A stretch of 64,000 nucleotides of DNA, from assembly GCA_963667785.2 (NCBI GenBank), contig CAXXMU010000002.1:384001-448000 (forward strand). Reading direction: 5' to 3'. This document shows, one piece after another, positions 1 to 11,641 of this stretch. The position numbers and the translations under genes were made by a program. The stretch comes from Alphaproteobacteria bacterium (GTDB taxonomy: Bacteria; Pseudomonadota; Alphaproteobacteria; UBA828). The notes below the pieces were generated by a model. It was given only the letters and a program-made list of their open reading frames with translations. It did no database searches and was not told the origin of the DNA. Every line of letters begins with the position of its first letter. The first letter of the stretch is position 1.

Positions 1-2
1 AG

Positions 3-323
3 CTGCGCCAGAACAACACCACCGCGACGATGATCTGGAACGTCCGGGAGCTGGTCCATTTCTTTTCCGGTTTCGTCACCCTGAAACCGGGTTCGGTGAT
101 TTCGACGGGCACGCCGGGCGGAACCGCGTGGGGAACCGATCCCGAGCTGGGCGGGCGCGGTGCCCGGAGCGGACGCGACGACATCGCGCTCGCCGGGGGC
201 TATCTCAAGGTCGGCGACGTGGTCACCAGCGAGATCGAAGGCATCGGCCGCCTGCGCGCCAGGGTCGTGCGGTCCGGGCATTCGCGGAGGAAGAGCTCGG
301 CCGGCGCCGCCCGTGACAGGTGA
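3..323 (+). CDS. Fumarylacetoacetate hydrolase (FAH) family protein, C-terminal part (5' truncated by window)
   Basis: Open frame from the window edge, LRQNNTTATMIW...TLKPGSVISTGTPGG...LKVGDVVTSEIEGIGRL, typical FAH C-terminus. Confidence 0.85.
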   Translation: MRQNNTTATMIWNVRELVHFFSGFVTLKPGSVISTGTPGGTAWGTDPELGGRGARSGRDDIALAGGYLKVGDVVTSEIEGIGRLRARVVRSGHSRRKSSAGAARDR

Positions 324-350
324 GAGGACGGGAGAGGGAGCCGTTCTCCC

Positions 351-1133
351 TCAGTTCACATTCGCGGCCTCGCCCAGGGTCGGGCCGATCTCGCGGTTTA
401 TGACGAGGTCGGCGATGCCGTCGAGGTCGGTGGGGTCGCGGTTCAGGATGACGAGGGGGGAGCCGGATTCCTTGGCGAGGATGGGAAACCCGGCGGCGGG
501 ATAGACCACGAGCGACGAGCCGACCGCGAGGAAGAGGTCGCAGGCAAGGGTCTCGCGCCTCGCGCGCTCCATCTCGTCCTCCGGCATCGCCTGGCCGAAG
601 GAGATCGTCGCCGTCTTGACCGGCGCTCCGCAGAGCGTGCAGACGGGCGGCACAGAGTTCCTCTCGAACGCCTCCTTGATCGGCGCAAGCTCGTAGCGGG
701 TCTCGCACGCGACGCATTTCGCATAGCTGCCGTTGCCGTGGAGCTCGATCACCTTCTCCCTGGGCACGCCCGACTCCTGGTGCAGGTTGTCGATGTTCTG
801 GGTGATCACGCTCGAGACCTTACCGGTCCGGACCAGCTTGGCGACCGCCCGGTGCCCGCGGTTGGGCGTGGCGCCGACCATGTCCCGGTCGATCAGCACC
901 TTGCGCCGCCAGGCCTCGATGCGCGCCTCCTCGGAGGCGAGGAACTCCTGGTAATAGATCGGCGTGGTCTGCGACCAGATGCCGGTCGGGCTGCGGAAGT
1001 CCGGGATGCCCGATTCGGTCGATATCCCGGCGCCGGTGAAGACGACCGCCCGGCGCGCGTCAGCGATCATCCCGGCGAGGCGCTCGATATCGGCGCGGGC
1101 GGCCTCCATCTCAGCCGCGCTCGGGGCAGCCAC
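351..1133 (-). CDS. cobB: NAD-dependent protein deacylase, Sir2/CobB family
   Basis: GAGISTESGIPDFRS, TQNIDNLH, ELHG, two CxxC Zn pairs, GSSLVVYPAA; AAGGGAG upstream of GTG. Confidence 0.92.
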   Translation of the reverse strand: MAAPSAAEMEAARADIERLAGMIADARRAVVFTGAGISTESGIPDFRSPTGIWSQTTPIYYQEFLASEEARIEAWRRKVLIDRDMVGATPNRGHRAVAKLVRTGKVSSVITQNIDNLHQESGVPREKVIELHGNGSYAKCVACETRYELAPIKEAFERNSVPPVCTLCGAPVKTATISFGQAMPEDEMERARRETLACDLFLAVGSSLVVYPAAGFPILAKESGSPLVILNRDPTDLDGIADLVINREIGPTLGEAANVN

Positions 1134-1319
1134 GTGTCAATCTCCCTTGGTGCTGTCGTCGGTCACGCGCTCAAGGAGGTCCAACCGGCAGGGCTCGTCA
1201 AGACCGGCATCGACGGCAGGATGATCGGCCCACCTCGTCGAGTAGTCCAGTTTCAATGCCGGTTGAGAGCCATCGGAGGGAGCCGGTCATTCCTTCATTC
1301 GACGGGCTTGAGGCGGGTC

Positions 1320-1445
1320 ATGCAAGGCGCGGTGGTGCTTGTCGAATGCTTCCACAAGTATGGGGAAATCGAATACGTGTCGGGCGGCTATTTTGTCGAA
1401 GAGCGGTCGGACGGAAAATTCTATTGCGTCGATCCGCTTGAGTAA
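1320..1445 (+). CDS. Possible small protein (41 aa) or gene remnant
   Basis: ATG..TAA, MQGAVVLVECFHKYGEIEYVSGGYFVEERSDGKFYCVDPLE, in a locally lower-GC stretch; GAGGCGG upstream; no recognised family. Confidence 0.3.
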   Translation: MQGAVVLVECFHKYGEIEYVSGGYFVEERSDGKFYCVDPLE

Positions 1446-1480
1446 GGCCGAAGAAGAACGGTGGAAGCTTGCCAGGCAAG

Positions 1481-1507
1481 AGAAAACCCCGGAAGTCCGG
1501 GGCCTTC
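1481..1507 (-). terminator. Intrinsic terminator downstream of tRNA-Ala
   Basis: Minus strand GGCCCCGGA-CT-TCCGGGGTTTTCT: GC hairpin followed by a U-tract. Confidence 0.65.
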
Positions 1508-1540
1508 AGGGTCTCTGCAGGAACGTGCGGTCTATCGGAA

Positions 1541-1616
<76 letters not shown>

Positions 1617-1726
1617 GCAATTCCGGGTGCGCCGCGCGACGGTCCGGGCCCGCCGCGCGGCGGCTGAAACCCTAGTTGCTCCGCCGCGCCCGACGCAAGG
1701 CGAAAGTACGGGCGGTGCGCTGCCGA

Positions 1727-2089
1727 TCAGGATGCAGGCACGGTCGGCTCCGTATCGTCCGTGTCGTCCAGGTCGGCCGCCAGATCGTCGCCGCCGTCGT
1801 CGTCATCGCCCAGATCGTCGTCGATCATCTCGTCGTCGTCCGCGGGCGCCTCCTCCACTTCTTCCGCCGCTTCCGCCGGCGCGTTGGCGTGCCCACCGGG
1901 GTGTGACGCCGGCTCCGGCGGTGCCGGCGGTGCCGGCGGTACCGGCGGCCGGCGCCGGTTGGGCCGGACGGTCTCGATTTCGATCACGCTGCCGCACTTG
2001 GGGCACGCGATCGGGTTACGGTGCAAGTCGTAGAACTTCACGCCACAGTCCGCACATGTGTGCTTGGCGCCCCATTCCCGCTTCGCCAC
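1727..2089 (-). CDS. TIGR02300 / FYDLN-acid family protein
   Basis: GTG start, AKREWGAKHTCADCGVKFYDLHRNPIACPKCG zinc ribbon plus Asp/Glu-rich tail; usual position divergent from aroA. Confidence 0.88.
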   Translation of the reverse strand: MAKREWGAKHTCADCGVKFYDLHRNPIACPKCGSVIEIETVRPNRRRPPVPPAPPAPPEPASHPGGHANAPAEAAEEVEEAPADDDEMIDDDLGDDDDGGDDLAADLDDTDDTEPTVPAS

Positions 2090-2178
2090 GCCTGCGCCTC
2101 CCTGCGTCTTCTTGCGGCTGCCGAAGGCGACGCCAATGCCAGTTTGGCGCCCCTCTGTCAAAACCAAATTTGCGCTGC

Positions 2179-2206
2179 TTGACGCGGCCCGGCGCTGTGC
2201 TAGAGA
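2179..2206 (+). promoter_or_regulatory. Putative sigma70 promoter of the aroA-cmk-rpsA block
   Basis: TTGACG-N16-TAGAGA, 6 nt before the aroA GTG. Confidence 0.45.
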
Positions 2207-2212
2207 CGGTGC

Positions 2213-3598
2213 GTGCCCGACACCACGCCCACACAACCCGCCCGCCGCGAGGACTGCGCCGGAGAGCGGGGATCGCACGCCCTGATCTCGTCGGCTGCCG
2301 GCTCCCTCAAGGGAAGCTGCGCCGTGCCGGGCGACAAGTCGATCTCCCATCGCGCGCTGATGCTGTGCGCGCTGGCGGTGGGCGAGAGCCGCGTGCGGGG
2401 CCTCCTCGAAAGCGCGGACGTGGCGGCGACGGCGGCCGCGCTGCGCGCGCTCGGGGCCGGCATCGAGCGGGCAGGCGACGGAAGCTGGGTCGTGCACGGC
2501 GTCGGCGTCGGCGGACTGGCCGAGCCCGACGGCGTGCTCGATCTCGGCAACTCCGGCACCGCGGTGCGCCTGCTCGCGGGGATCTGCGCGAGCCACGGCT
2601 TCACCACCTTCATGACCGGCGACCGCTCGCTCAGGCGGCGCCCGATGGGCCGCATCATCGAGCCGCTGGAGCGGATGGGCGCGAGCTTCGAGGCCCGCAG
2701 CGGCGGCCGCCTGCCGCTCGCGGTGATCGGTGCCGCCCAGCCGATGCCGATCGAGTACCGGCTGCCGGTGGCCTCGGCGCAGGTGAAGTCGGCCGTGCTG
2801 CTCGCCGGCCTCAACGCGCCCGGCGAGACCCGCGTGGTCGAGCCCGCGCCGAGCCGGGACCACACCGAGCGCATGCTGCGCCGCTTCGGCGCAGAGGTGA
2901 AGACCGCGGCGGGCGCGGACGGCGGCAGCGTCATCGCCGTCACCGGCTATCCCGAGCTCGCGCCTTGTGCGCTGACGGTGCCGGGCGATCCCAGCGCCGC
3001 GGCCTTTCCCCTCGCCGCCGCGCTGATCGTGCCGGGCTCCGACCTGGTGATCGAGGGCGTCGGCATCAATCCCGGCCGGATCGGGCTGATCGAGACCCTG
3101 CGCGAGATGGGAGCGGCGATCGAGACGGGGCGCGTTCGCGAGGAGGCCGGTGAGCCGGTCGCCGACATCGCGGTGCGCGCCGGCCCGCTCCGCGCGGTCG
3201 ACGTGCCGGCGGCGAGGGCGCCCAGCATGATCGACGAGTACCCGATCCTCAGCGTCGTCGCCGCCTGCGCCGAAGGCACCACGCGCCTCAACGGCCTCGC
3301 CGAGCTCAGGGTCAAGGAAAGCGACCGGCTGGGCGCGACCGCTGCCGGCCTGCGCGCAGCCGGGGTGAGCGCGACGGAGCGGGACGACGGGCTCGACATC
3401 GAGGGCCGGGGTGGCCCGCCGCCCGGCGGCGGCCTGGTGGCGACCGAGCTCGACCACCGCATCGCCATGGCCTTCCTCACCCTCGGCATGGCGAGCGAAA
3501 AGCCGATGACCGTCGACGACGGCTCGATGATCGGCACCAGCTATCCCGGCTTCGTCGACGCCATGAACGCTCTGGGAGCCTCGATTGCCGCCTGCTGA
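2213..3598 (+). CDS. aroA: 3-phosphoshikimate 1-carboxyvinyltransferase
   Basis: [40 protein letters not shown] motifs. Confidence 0.97.
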   Translation: MPDTTPTQPARREDCAGERGSHALISSAAGSLKGSCAVPGDKSISHRALMLCALAVGESRVRGLLESADVAATAAALRALGAGIERAGDGSWVVHGVGVGGLAEPDGVLDLGNSGTAVRLLAGICASHGFTTFMTGDRSLRRRPMGRIIEPLERMGASFEARSGGRLPLAVIGAAQPMPIEYRLPVASAQVKSAVLLAGLNAPGETRVVEPAPSRDHTERMLRRFGAEVKTAAGADGGSVIAVTGYPELAPCALTVPGDPSAAAFPLAAALIVPGSDLVIEGVGINPGRIGLIETLREMGAAIETGRVREEAGEPVADIAVRAGPLRAVDVPAARAPSMIDEYPILSVVAACAEGTTRLNGLAELRVKESDRLGATAAGLRAAGVSATERDDGLDIEGRGGPPPGGGLVATELDHRIAMAFLTLGMASEKPMTVDDGSMIGTSYPGFVDAMNALGASIAAC

Positions 3599-4241
3599 AG
3601 AGGCGCCGCCGCTGGTCATCGCGGTTGACGGGCCGGCGGCGGCGGGGAAGGGGACCCTCGCCAGCCGTCTCGCCGCGCACTACGGGCTCCGGCACCTCGA
3701 CACCGGCCTGCTCTACCGGGCCGTCGCGCTCCGCCTGCTGCGGCAGAAGGGTGAGCCGGGGCAGGCGGAGGCGGCGGCGGCCCAGGCCCGCGCCGTCACC
3801 GACGCCGACCTCGCGGACCCGGCGCTCCGCGACGAGGCGGTGGGCGAGGCGGCCTCGGCGCTGGCCGTGCACGGCGCCGTGCGCGAGGCCCTGCTCGACT
3901 ATCAGCGCGCCTTCGCCGCCCGCCGCCCCGGCGCGGTGCTCGACGGGCGCGACATCGGCACCGTCGTCTGCCCCGGCGCGCAGGTGAAGATCTACCTGGA
4001 GGCGAGCGTTTCGGTGCGCGCCGCCCGCCGCCTTTGTGAGTTGCGGTCGCGCGGCGTCGAGAGTATAGAATCCCGCGTTTTGGATGAAATAAAGGCCCGC
4101 GACGCCCGCGACAGCCGGCGCAGCGCCGCACCCCTGAAGCCGGCGGCAGACGCCTGTCGGATCGACACCACCGCCCTCGGCCCCGATGAGGTCTTCGAGC
4201 GGGCGGTGGCGACCGTCGACGCGCGTCTTCCCTCTCCCTAG
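3585..4241 (+). CDS. cmk: Cytidylate kinase
   Basis: [36 protein letters not shown]; start codon uncertain. Confidence 0.95.
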   Translation: MPPAEEAPPLVIAVDGPAAAGKGTLASRLAAHYGLRHLDTGLLYRAVALRLLRQKGEPGQAEAAAAQARAVTDADLADPALRDEAVGEAASALAVHGAVREALLDYQRAFAARRPGAVLDGRDIGTVVCPGAQVKIYLEASVSVRAARRLCELRSRGVESIESRVLDEIKARDARDSRRSAAPLKPAADACRIDTTALGPDEVFERAVATVDARLPSP

Positions 4242-4349
4242 AGACGGACCCGGGATCCGCGCCGCGGCAACGCGCACACCCCTCGCAGATCGCGCCCGGC
4301 GCGGGCAGAGACCCGCGCGAGAGCGCCTACCTGACATGCTGGAGATCAG

Positions 4350-6113
4350 ATGACGGCCGAGACAGCAGAAGCACCCCAGGAGACCGCCGCCGCGAAGGAG
4401 AACTTCGCGGAGATGCTCGATGCGTTCCTCGACGACACGCCCCGCTTCGAGGGCGGCGTGGTCAAGGGCACGGTTCTCGCCATCGAGAACGATGCCGCCC
4501 TGATCGACGTCGGGCTCAAGGTGGAGGGCCGCGTTCCGCTCAAGGAGTTCGCCGCGCCCGGCCAGGCGGCCGAGGTGAAGGTGGGCGACGAGGTCGAGGT
4601 CTACATCGAGCGCTTCGAGACCGCGCGCGGCGAGGCCTCGCTGAGCCGGGAGCGGGCGCGGCGCGAGGAGGCCTGGGAGAAGCTGGAGCAGGCCTACAAG
4701 GACGGCGAGCGGGTCACCGGCGTCATCTTCGGCCGGGTCAAGGGCGGCTTCACGGTCGATCTCGACGGCGCCGTGGCGTTCCTGCCGGGCAGCCAGGTCG
4801 ACATCCGGCCGGTGCGCGACATCGCGCCGCTGGTCGGCACCGACCAGCCGTTCCAGATCCTCAAGATGGATCGCCGCCGGGGCAACATCGTCGTCTCCCG
4901 CCGCGCCGTGCTCGAGGATACCCGCGCCGAGCAGCGCAACGAGCTCATCGCCAACCTCCACGAGGGGCAGGTGCTCGAAGGCGTGGTCAAGAACATCACC
5001 GACTACGGCGCCTTCGTCGACCTGGGCGGGGTCGACGGCCTGCTGCACGTGACCGACATCTCCTGGCGCCGCGTCAACCACCCGGCCGACGCGCTCCAGA
5101 TCGGCCAGACGGTCAACGTCCAGGTCATCCGCTTCAACCCGGAGACCCAGCGCATATCGCTCGGCATGAAGCAGCTCGAGGCCGACCCGTGGGAGGGCGT
5201 CGAGGCCAAGTACCCGGTGCGGACGAAGTTCACCGGCCGGGTGACGAACATCACCGATTACGGTGCCTTCGTGGAGCTCGAGCCGGGCGTCGAGGGGCTG
5301 GTCCACGTCTCCGAGATGAGCTGGACCAAGAAGAACGTGCATCCGGGCAAGATCATCTCGACCAGTCAGGAGGTCGAGGTCATGGTGCTCGACGTCGACC
5401 CCGACAAGCGGCGCGTGAGCCTCGGCCTCAAGCAGTGCCTGGACAATCCCTGGATCAGCTTCGCCGAGACTCATCCCGAGGGGACGACCGTCGAGGGCGA
5501 GATCAAGAACATCACGGAGTTCGGCCTGTTCGTCGAGCTGCCGGGCGAGATCTACGGCATGGCGCACCTCTCGGACCTGGACTGGCTCGCCCCCGGCGAG
5601 GAGGCCCTGAAGCGGTACAGGAAGGGCGACGAGGTGAAGGCCAAGGTGCTGACGGTCGACGTCGAGAAGGAGCGGATCGGGCTCGGCCTGAAGCAGCTCG
5701 ACGACGACCCCTTCCACGGCGCGGAGGCGCGCCGCGGCCAGACGGTGACCTGCACCGTCACGGCGGTTCACGAACACAGCGTCGAGGTCGAGATATTCGG
5801 ATCGCTGCCCGGCGACATCAAGCGCTCCGATCTCGCCCGCGATCGCGACGAGCAGCGCCCCTCGCGCTTCGCGCCCGGCGACAAGGTCGACGCCAAGCTG
5901 TTGCAGATCGACCGCAATCACCGCCGCGTCTCCCTCTCCATCAAGGCCCTCGAGGTCCAGGAGGAGAAGCAGGCGATGGCGGAGTACGGCTCGACCGACA
6001 GCGGCGCCAGCCTGGGCGACATTCTAGGCGCCGCGCTCGACCGCAAGACCCAGGAAGAGGCGGCGCGCGCGGCGGATGCGGAGGATGCGGAGGACGCGCC
6101 GGACAAGAGCTGA
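4350..6113 (+). CDS. rpsA: 30S ribosomal protein S1
   Basis: Repeated S1 domains (VKNITDYGAFVDLGGVDGLLHVTDISW etc.); GGAG RBS. Confidence 0.98.
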   Translation: MTAETAEAPQETAAAKENFAEMLDAFLDDTPRFEGGVVKGTVLAIENDAALIDVGLKVEGRVPLKEFAAPGQAAEVKVGDEVEVYIERFETARGEASLSRERARREEAWEKLEQAYKDGERVTGVIFGRVKGGFTVDLDGAVAFLPGSQVDIRPVRDIAPLVGTDQPFQILKMDRRRGNIVVSRRAVLEDTRAEQRNELIANLHEGQVLEGVVKNITDYGAFVDLGGVDGLLHVTDISWRRVNHPADALQIGQTVNVQVIRFNPETQRISLGMKQLEADPWEGVEAKYPVRTKFTGRVTNITDYGAFVELEPGVEGLVHVSEMSWTKKNVHPGKIISTSQEVEVMVLDVDPDKRRVSLGLKQCLDNPWISFAETHPEGTTVEGEIKNITEFGLFVELPGEIYGMAHLSDLDWLAPGEEALKRYRKGDEVKAKVLTVDVEKERIGLGLKQLDDDPFHGAEARRGQTVTCTVTAVHEHSVEVEIFGSLPGDIKRSDLARDRDEQRPSRFAPGDKVDAKLLQIDRNHRRVSLSIKALEVQEEKQAMAEYGSTDSGASLGDILGAALDRKTQEEAARAADAEDAEDAPDKS

Positions 6114-6178
6114 GGCGCGCGCCGTGACCGTCTAGCGCAGGGTCCGGAGCGCGACGGGGCGCGCGATCCGACGGGGAC

Positions 6179-7087
6179 ATGGCGAACCTGGATCCCGACC
6201 GGCTGCTCGATCGCCGCCGTCTCAAGCGGGGCGTCGCCATCTGGCGGGCGCTGGCCATCGCGGCCCTGGTCGCGGTCGCGCTGGTCGCGGCGGCGCCCTT
6301 CGCCTTCGAGGACGGCGAGCGGGTCGCCCGGCTCTGGATCACCGGGTTCATCGAGGACGATCCCGCGCGCGACCGCCTCATCGCCGATCTCCGGGACGAC
6401 GACGCGGTGCGCGCGGTGGTACTGCGGATCGATTCCGCCGGCGGCACGGCGGTGGGGGGCGAGGCGCTCTACCTGAGCCTGCGCTCGCTTGCCGAGGCCA
6501 AGCCCGTGGTCGCCGTGCTCGGCACGACCGCGACGTCGGCGGCCTACATGGCCGCGCTTGCCGCGGACCGGCTGCTGGCCCGCGAGGCGTCGCTCACCGG
6601 CTCCATCGGCATCCTCTTCCAGACCGCCGAGTTCACGGCGCTGCTGGAGGAGATCGGCGTGCGCGCCGAGGCGATTCGCAGCGGCCCCCAGAAGGCGAAG
6701 CCCACCCCCTTCGAGCGGCTGGACGATCCCACCCGCCACGTCATGCGGAGCGTTGTGGACGACATCTACGACTCGTTCCTGGAGCTCCTGATGGAGCGCC
6801 GCTCCCTCGATCGTGACGCGGCGCTGGCGCTCGCCGACGGGCGCGTCTTCACGGGCGGGCAGGCGGTCCGGGCCGGCCTCGTGGACGCGATCGGCAGCGA
6901 GAGCGAGGCGCGCGCCTGGCTCGCCGAGGTCCACGGCGTGGCCGAGACTCTGCCGGCCGTGGACGTGGCCGGCGAGAGGGACGGGCTGATGGAGACCATC
7001 GGCGCCGCGCTCGAACATGTCGCGCCGGCGCGAACGCTCGCTCTTGACGGTCTGATCGCGGTTTGGCACCCTGATGTATCGGACTGA
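6179..7087 (+). CDS. sppA: Signal peptide peptidase SppA (S49, 36K type)
   Basis: N-terminal RRRLKR plus TM, IDSAGG, ATSAAY, TGSIG, DGRVFTG. Confidence 0.92.
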   Translation: MANLDPDRLLDRRRLKRGVAIWRALAIAALVAVALVAAAPFAFEDGERVARLWITGFIEDDPARDRLIADLRDDDAVRAVVLRIDSAGGTAVGGEALYLSLRSLAEAKPVVAVLGTTATSAAYMAALAADRLLAREASLTGSIGILFQTAEFTALLEEIGVRAEAIRSGPQKAKPTPFERLDDPTRHVMRSVVDDIYDSFLELLMERRSLDRDAALALADGRVFTGGQAVRAGLVDAIGSESEARAWLAEVHGVAETLPAVDVAGERDGLMETIGAALEHVAPARTLALDGLIAVWHPDVSD

Positions 7088-7153
7088 AATGACGACGTTC
7101 TCGGCGGTCGGATGCAGGCGCCGGGGGGTGTCGGACAGCAGGGTGTCTCCAGC

Positions 7154-7441
7154 ATGACCAAGTCCGAGCTCATTCAGCGGCTGGCGGAGAAGCACGCCGA
7201 CCAGCACCTCTACCACCGCGATTACCAGCGCGTGGTGAACCGTCTCTTCACGGAGATCAGCGATGCGCTCGCGCAGGGCGACCGGGTCGAGCTTCGCGGT
7301 TTCGGCGCGTTCTCGGTCCGCCAGCGGGCGGCGCGGGTCGGCCGCAATCCGCGCACCGGGGTTGCGGTGCGGGTCGAGAGGAAGTTCCTGCCGTTCTTCA
7401 AGACCGGCAAGGAGCTGCGCGAGCGGATCAACCGCGCGTGA
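7154..7441 (+). CDS. ihfB: Integration host factor beta subunit
   Basis: MTKSELI...[10 protein letters not shown]...GRNPRTG...[14 protein letters not shown]. Confidence 0.96.
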   Translation: MTKSELIQRLAEKHADQHLYHRDYQRVVNRLFTEISDALAQGDRVELRGFGAFSVRQRAARVGRNPRTGVAVRVERKFLPFFKTGKELRERINRA

Positions 7442-7535
7442 GCGGCGCGGCGTGACCGGCGCGCTGCGGTCGCAGGCCGCGGCCGTCGGAACGAGCGGCT
7501 GACGCGCCGCGCGCCGCGGCGGGAAGAGCCGGCCC

Positions 7536-7892
7536 ATGAGAATTCTCGCCTGGTCGATCGCAGCGGTGGTCGCGCTCGTCGTCATCGCCTTCGCCGTGGC
7601 GAACCGCGGGCCGGTCGCGATCAGCGTCGCGCCGCTCCCCTATCGGCTCGACATTCCCATCTGGGCGCTGGCGGTGGGCGCTCTGGCGGTGGGCTTTCTC
7701 ACCGGCGCCCTGGTGCGCTGGCTGCTCGACCACAAGCTGCGGCGGACCGCGCGGCGGGGACGGCGGCGTACGCGCGCGCTGGAGCAGGAGCTGGCGCAGG
7801 CGCGCGAGAAGCTCGACGATTCGATGCGGGCCCAGCGGGCGACGGTGCCCGCGACCCCGCCCGCCTCGCTGACGCCGAAGGACATGGCCTGA
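7536..7892 (+). CDS. lapA: LapA (DUF1049) family membrane protein
   Basis: Two TM segments, FAVANR motif, basic coiled tail; conserved position after ihfB. Confidence 0.8.
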   Translation: MRILAWSIAAVVALVVIAFAVANRGPVAISVAPLPYRLDIPIWALAVGALAVGFLTGALVRWLLDHKLRRTARRGRRRTRALEQELAQAREKLDDSMRAQRATVPATPPASLTPKDMA

Positions 7893-7952
7893 CGGCGCCG
7901 CGGCGGCGCCCATCGCCGGGGATTTAGCAGCAGCGATCGGGTAGGGTAGGCC

Positions 7953-8620
7953 ATGCCTGTAGCGGTCAAGACCTGCGGACTGAGCGATCGCCGTGCCGTC
8001 GATGCGGCGGTGCGCGGCGGCGCGCGATTCCTGGGATTCGTGTTCTTCCCGCCGTCGCCGCGCGACGTCTCGCCGAGCCGCGCCGCGGCGCTCGCCGCCG
8101 ACCTGCCCGCCGGCACCGCGACCGTCGGCGTGGTCGTCGATCCCGACAACGACTTCATTGAGGGTATCCTTTCCCACATGCGACTCGACTACATCCAGCT
8201 CCACGGCAACGAGAGCCCGGCGCGGGCCGACGCGATCCGCGCGCGCACCGGCTGCCGCATCATCAAGGCCATCAGCGTCTCCGACGCCGCCGACATCGGC
8301 CGCGCGGAGGACTATCGCGAGAGCGCCGACCTGATCCTGTTCGACGCCAAGGCGAGCGCCGACGCCACCCGCCCCGGCGGCAACGCGCAGGCCTTCGACT
8401 GGCGGCTGTTCCGGGCGGCCCCGCCGCCCGCGACGGGCTGGCTGCTCTCCGGCGGGCTGGATGCCGGCAACGTCGGCGAGGCGGTCAGGATCACGGGCGC
8501 GCGGGCCGTCGATGTCTCGTCCGGGATCGAGGCGGCGCCCGGTCGCAAGGACCCGGAGAAGATCGGCGCCTTCCTGGCGGCGGCGGCCGCGGCCTCGCCT
8601 GCGGCGGACGGAGCCGCGGC

Positions 8621-8624
<4 letters not shown>
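7953..8624 (+). CDS. trpF: Phosphoribosylanthranilate isomerase
   Basis: [39 protein letters not shown]. Confidence 0.96.
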
Positions 8625-9828
<1,204 letters not shown>

Positions 9829-9832
<4 letters not shown>

Positions 9833-10668
9833 GCGGGCGCATCGAGAGGCGCTTCGCCGCCCTTGCCGATGAGGGCCGCGCCGGGCTCGTGACCTTCACG
9901 ATGATGGGCGATCCCGACATCGAGACCTCCTTCGCTATCCTGGAGGGGCTCGCCGAGGCCGGCGCCGACATCATCGAGATCGGCTCGCCCTTCACCGATC
10001 CCATGGCGGACGGGCCGGTGATCCAGCGCGCCGGCCAGCGTGCGCTCAAGGCCGGCATCACGCTCGGCAAGACGCTCGAGCTGGTGCGGCGCTTCCGCGA
10101 GCGGGACGACGCCACGCCGCTGGTCCTCATGGGCTACTACAACCCCATCTACATCTATGGCGTGAAGCGCTTCCTGGAGGATGCGCTGGCGGTCGGCCTC
10201 GACGGCATGATCGTGGTCGACCTGCCGCCGGAGGAGGACGACGAGCTCTGCCGGCCCGCGCTCGACGCCGGCCTCTCCTTCGTGCGGCTGGCGGCGCCGA
10301 CGACCGACGATGCCCGCCTGCCGGCCGTGCTCACCAATACGAGCGGCTTCGTCTACTACATCTCCATCACCGGGATCACCGGCGCGGCGGGCGCCGCCGC
10401 CGCGGCGACGCAGGCCGCCGTCGAGCGCCTGCGCCGCCACACCCAACTGCCGATCGCCGTCGGCTTCGGCATCAAGACTCCGGCGCAGGCGGCGGAGATC
10501 GCACGGGTCGCCGATGCCGCGGTCGTGGGCTCGGCCCTGATCGCGGAGATCGAGGAGGGTCTCGACGCGGACGGCGGGGCGACGCCCGCCTGCCGCGACA
10601 ACGCGCTGGCGCTGGTGCGCGCGCTGGGAGAGGGCGTGCGCGGGGCGCGGCAGGAGGCGACATCGTGA
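9829..10668 (+). CDS. trpA: Tryptophan synthase alpha chain
   Basis: GTG overlapping the trpB stop; [31 protein letters not shown]. Confidence 0.97.
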
Positions 10669-11600
10669 GCTGGCTCGATCGGTTCTCGCGGCCCAAGGTG
10701 AGCGGCCTCTTCCGCCGGCACGACATCCCGCACGACCTGTGGGAGAAGTGCAACGAGTGCGAGCAGATGATCTTTCACCGCGAGCTGGAGAGCAATCTCC
10801 GGGTCTGCCCGCGCTGCGACCATCACATGCGGCTCGGCGCGGAGAAGCGCTTGGGCCTGCTCTTCGACGACGACGGCTACCAGACCATCGAGCTGCCCGC
10901 CGTGACGGAGGACCCGCTCCGCTTCCGCGACCGCAAGCGCTACGTCGACCGGCTCCGCGAGGCGCGCGGCAAGACGGGCCACGACGACGCGATCGTGGTG
11001 GCCCACGGCCGCATCGGCGGCGCGCCGGCGGTCATCGCCTCGTTCGAATTCGGCTTCCTCGGCGGCTCGATGGGCACCGCCGTCGGCGAGAGCCTGCTCG
11101 CGGCCGCGCGGCTCGCGGTGCTTCAGGACTCGCCGCTGATCGTGATCCCGTCGTCGGGCGGCGCCCGCATGCAGGAAGGGGCGCTCTCGCTGATGCAGAT
11201 GGCGCGCACCACCGTCGCGGTCGACGAGCTGAAGGAAGCGGGCGTGCCCTATATCGTGCTGCTCACCAACCCGACGACGGGCGGCGTGACCGCGTCCTTC
11301 GCGATGCTCGGCGACATCGCCATCGCCGAGCCCGGCGCGGTCATCGGCTTCGCCGGCCCGCGCGTGATCGAGGAAACCATCCGCGAGAGGCTGCCCGAGG
11401 GCTTCCAGCGCGCGGAGTACCTGCGCGACCACGGCATGGTCGACATGGTGGTGCACCGCCGCAAGCTGCGCGAGACCCTGTCGCTGCTGCTGGCCCTGCT
11501 CAGGGACAAGAAGCCCGCGGCGGAGATCATCGCGCTGCATGGGAGCGCGGCGGGAGCGCGCGAGGGCAAGGACGAGCCGGCGCCGGTCGGCGCCGACTGA
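10665..11600 (+). CDS. accD: Acetyl-CoA carboxylase carboxyltransferase beta subunit
   Basis: [12 protein letters not shown] zinc finger, [23 protein letters not shown]. Confidence 0.97.
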   Translation: MSWLDRFSRPKVSGLFRRHDIPHDLWEKCNECEQMIFHRELESNLRVCPRCDHHMRLGAEKRLGLLFDDDGYQTIELPAVTEDPLRFRDRKRYVDRLREARGKTGHDDAIVVAHGRIGGAPAVIASFEFGFLGGSMGTAVGESLLAAARLAVLQDSPLIVIPSSGGARMQEGALSLMQMARTTVAVDELKEAGVPYIVLLTNPTTGGVTASFAMLGDIAIAEPGAVIGFAGPRVIEETIRERLPEGFQRAEYLRDHGMVDMVVHRRKLRETLSLLLALLRDKKPAAEIIALHGSAAGAREGKDEPAPVGAD

Positions 11601-11641
11601 AGCCGCGCCCGTGCGCGTGCGGCGTGCCCCGGGGCGGTGAC

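Noticed and set aside
1915-1947. 9-bp repeats in the TIGR02300 gene and at the end of rpsA (6070-6100)
   Set aside because: They are short in-frame low-complexity repeats (PPA, AED) in disordered tails, unremarkable in high-GC genes.
7893-7952. Absence of pyrF between lapA and trpF, and of lon upstream of hupB
   Set aside because: These are ordinary lineage-specific synteny differences; no remnants are visible and nothing can be concluded from one window.
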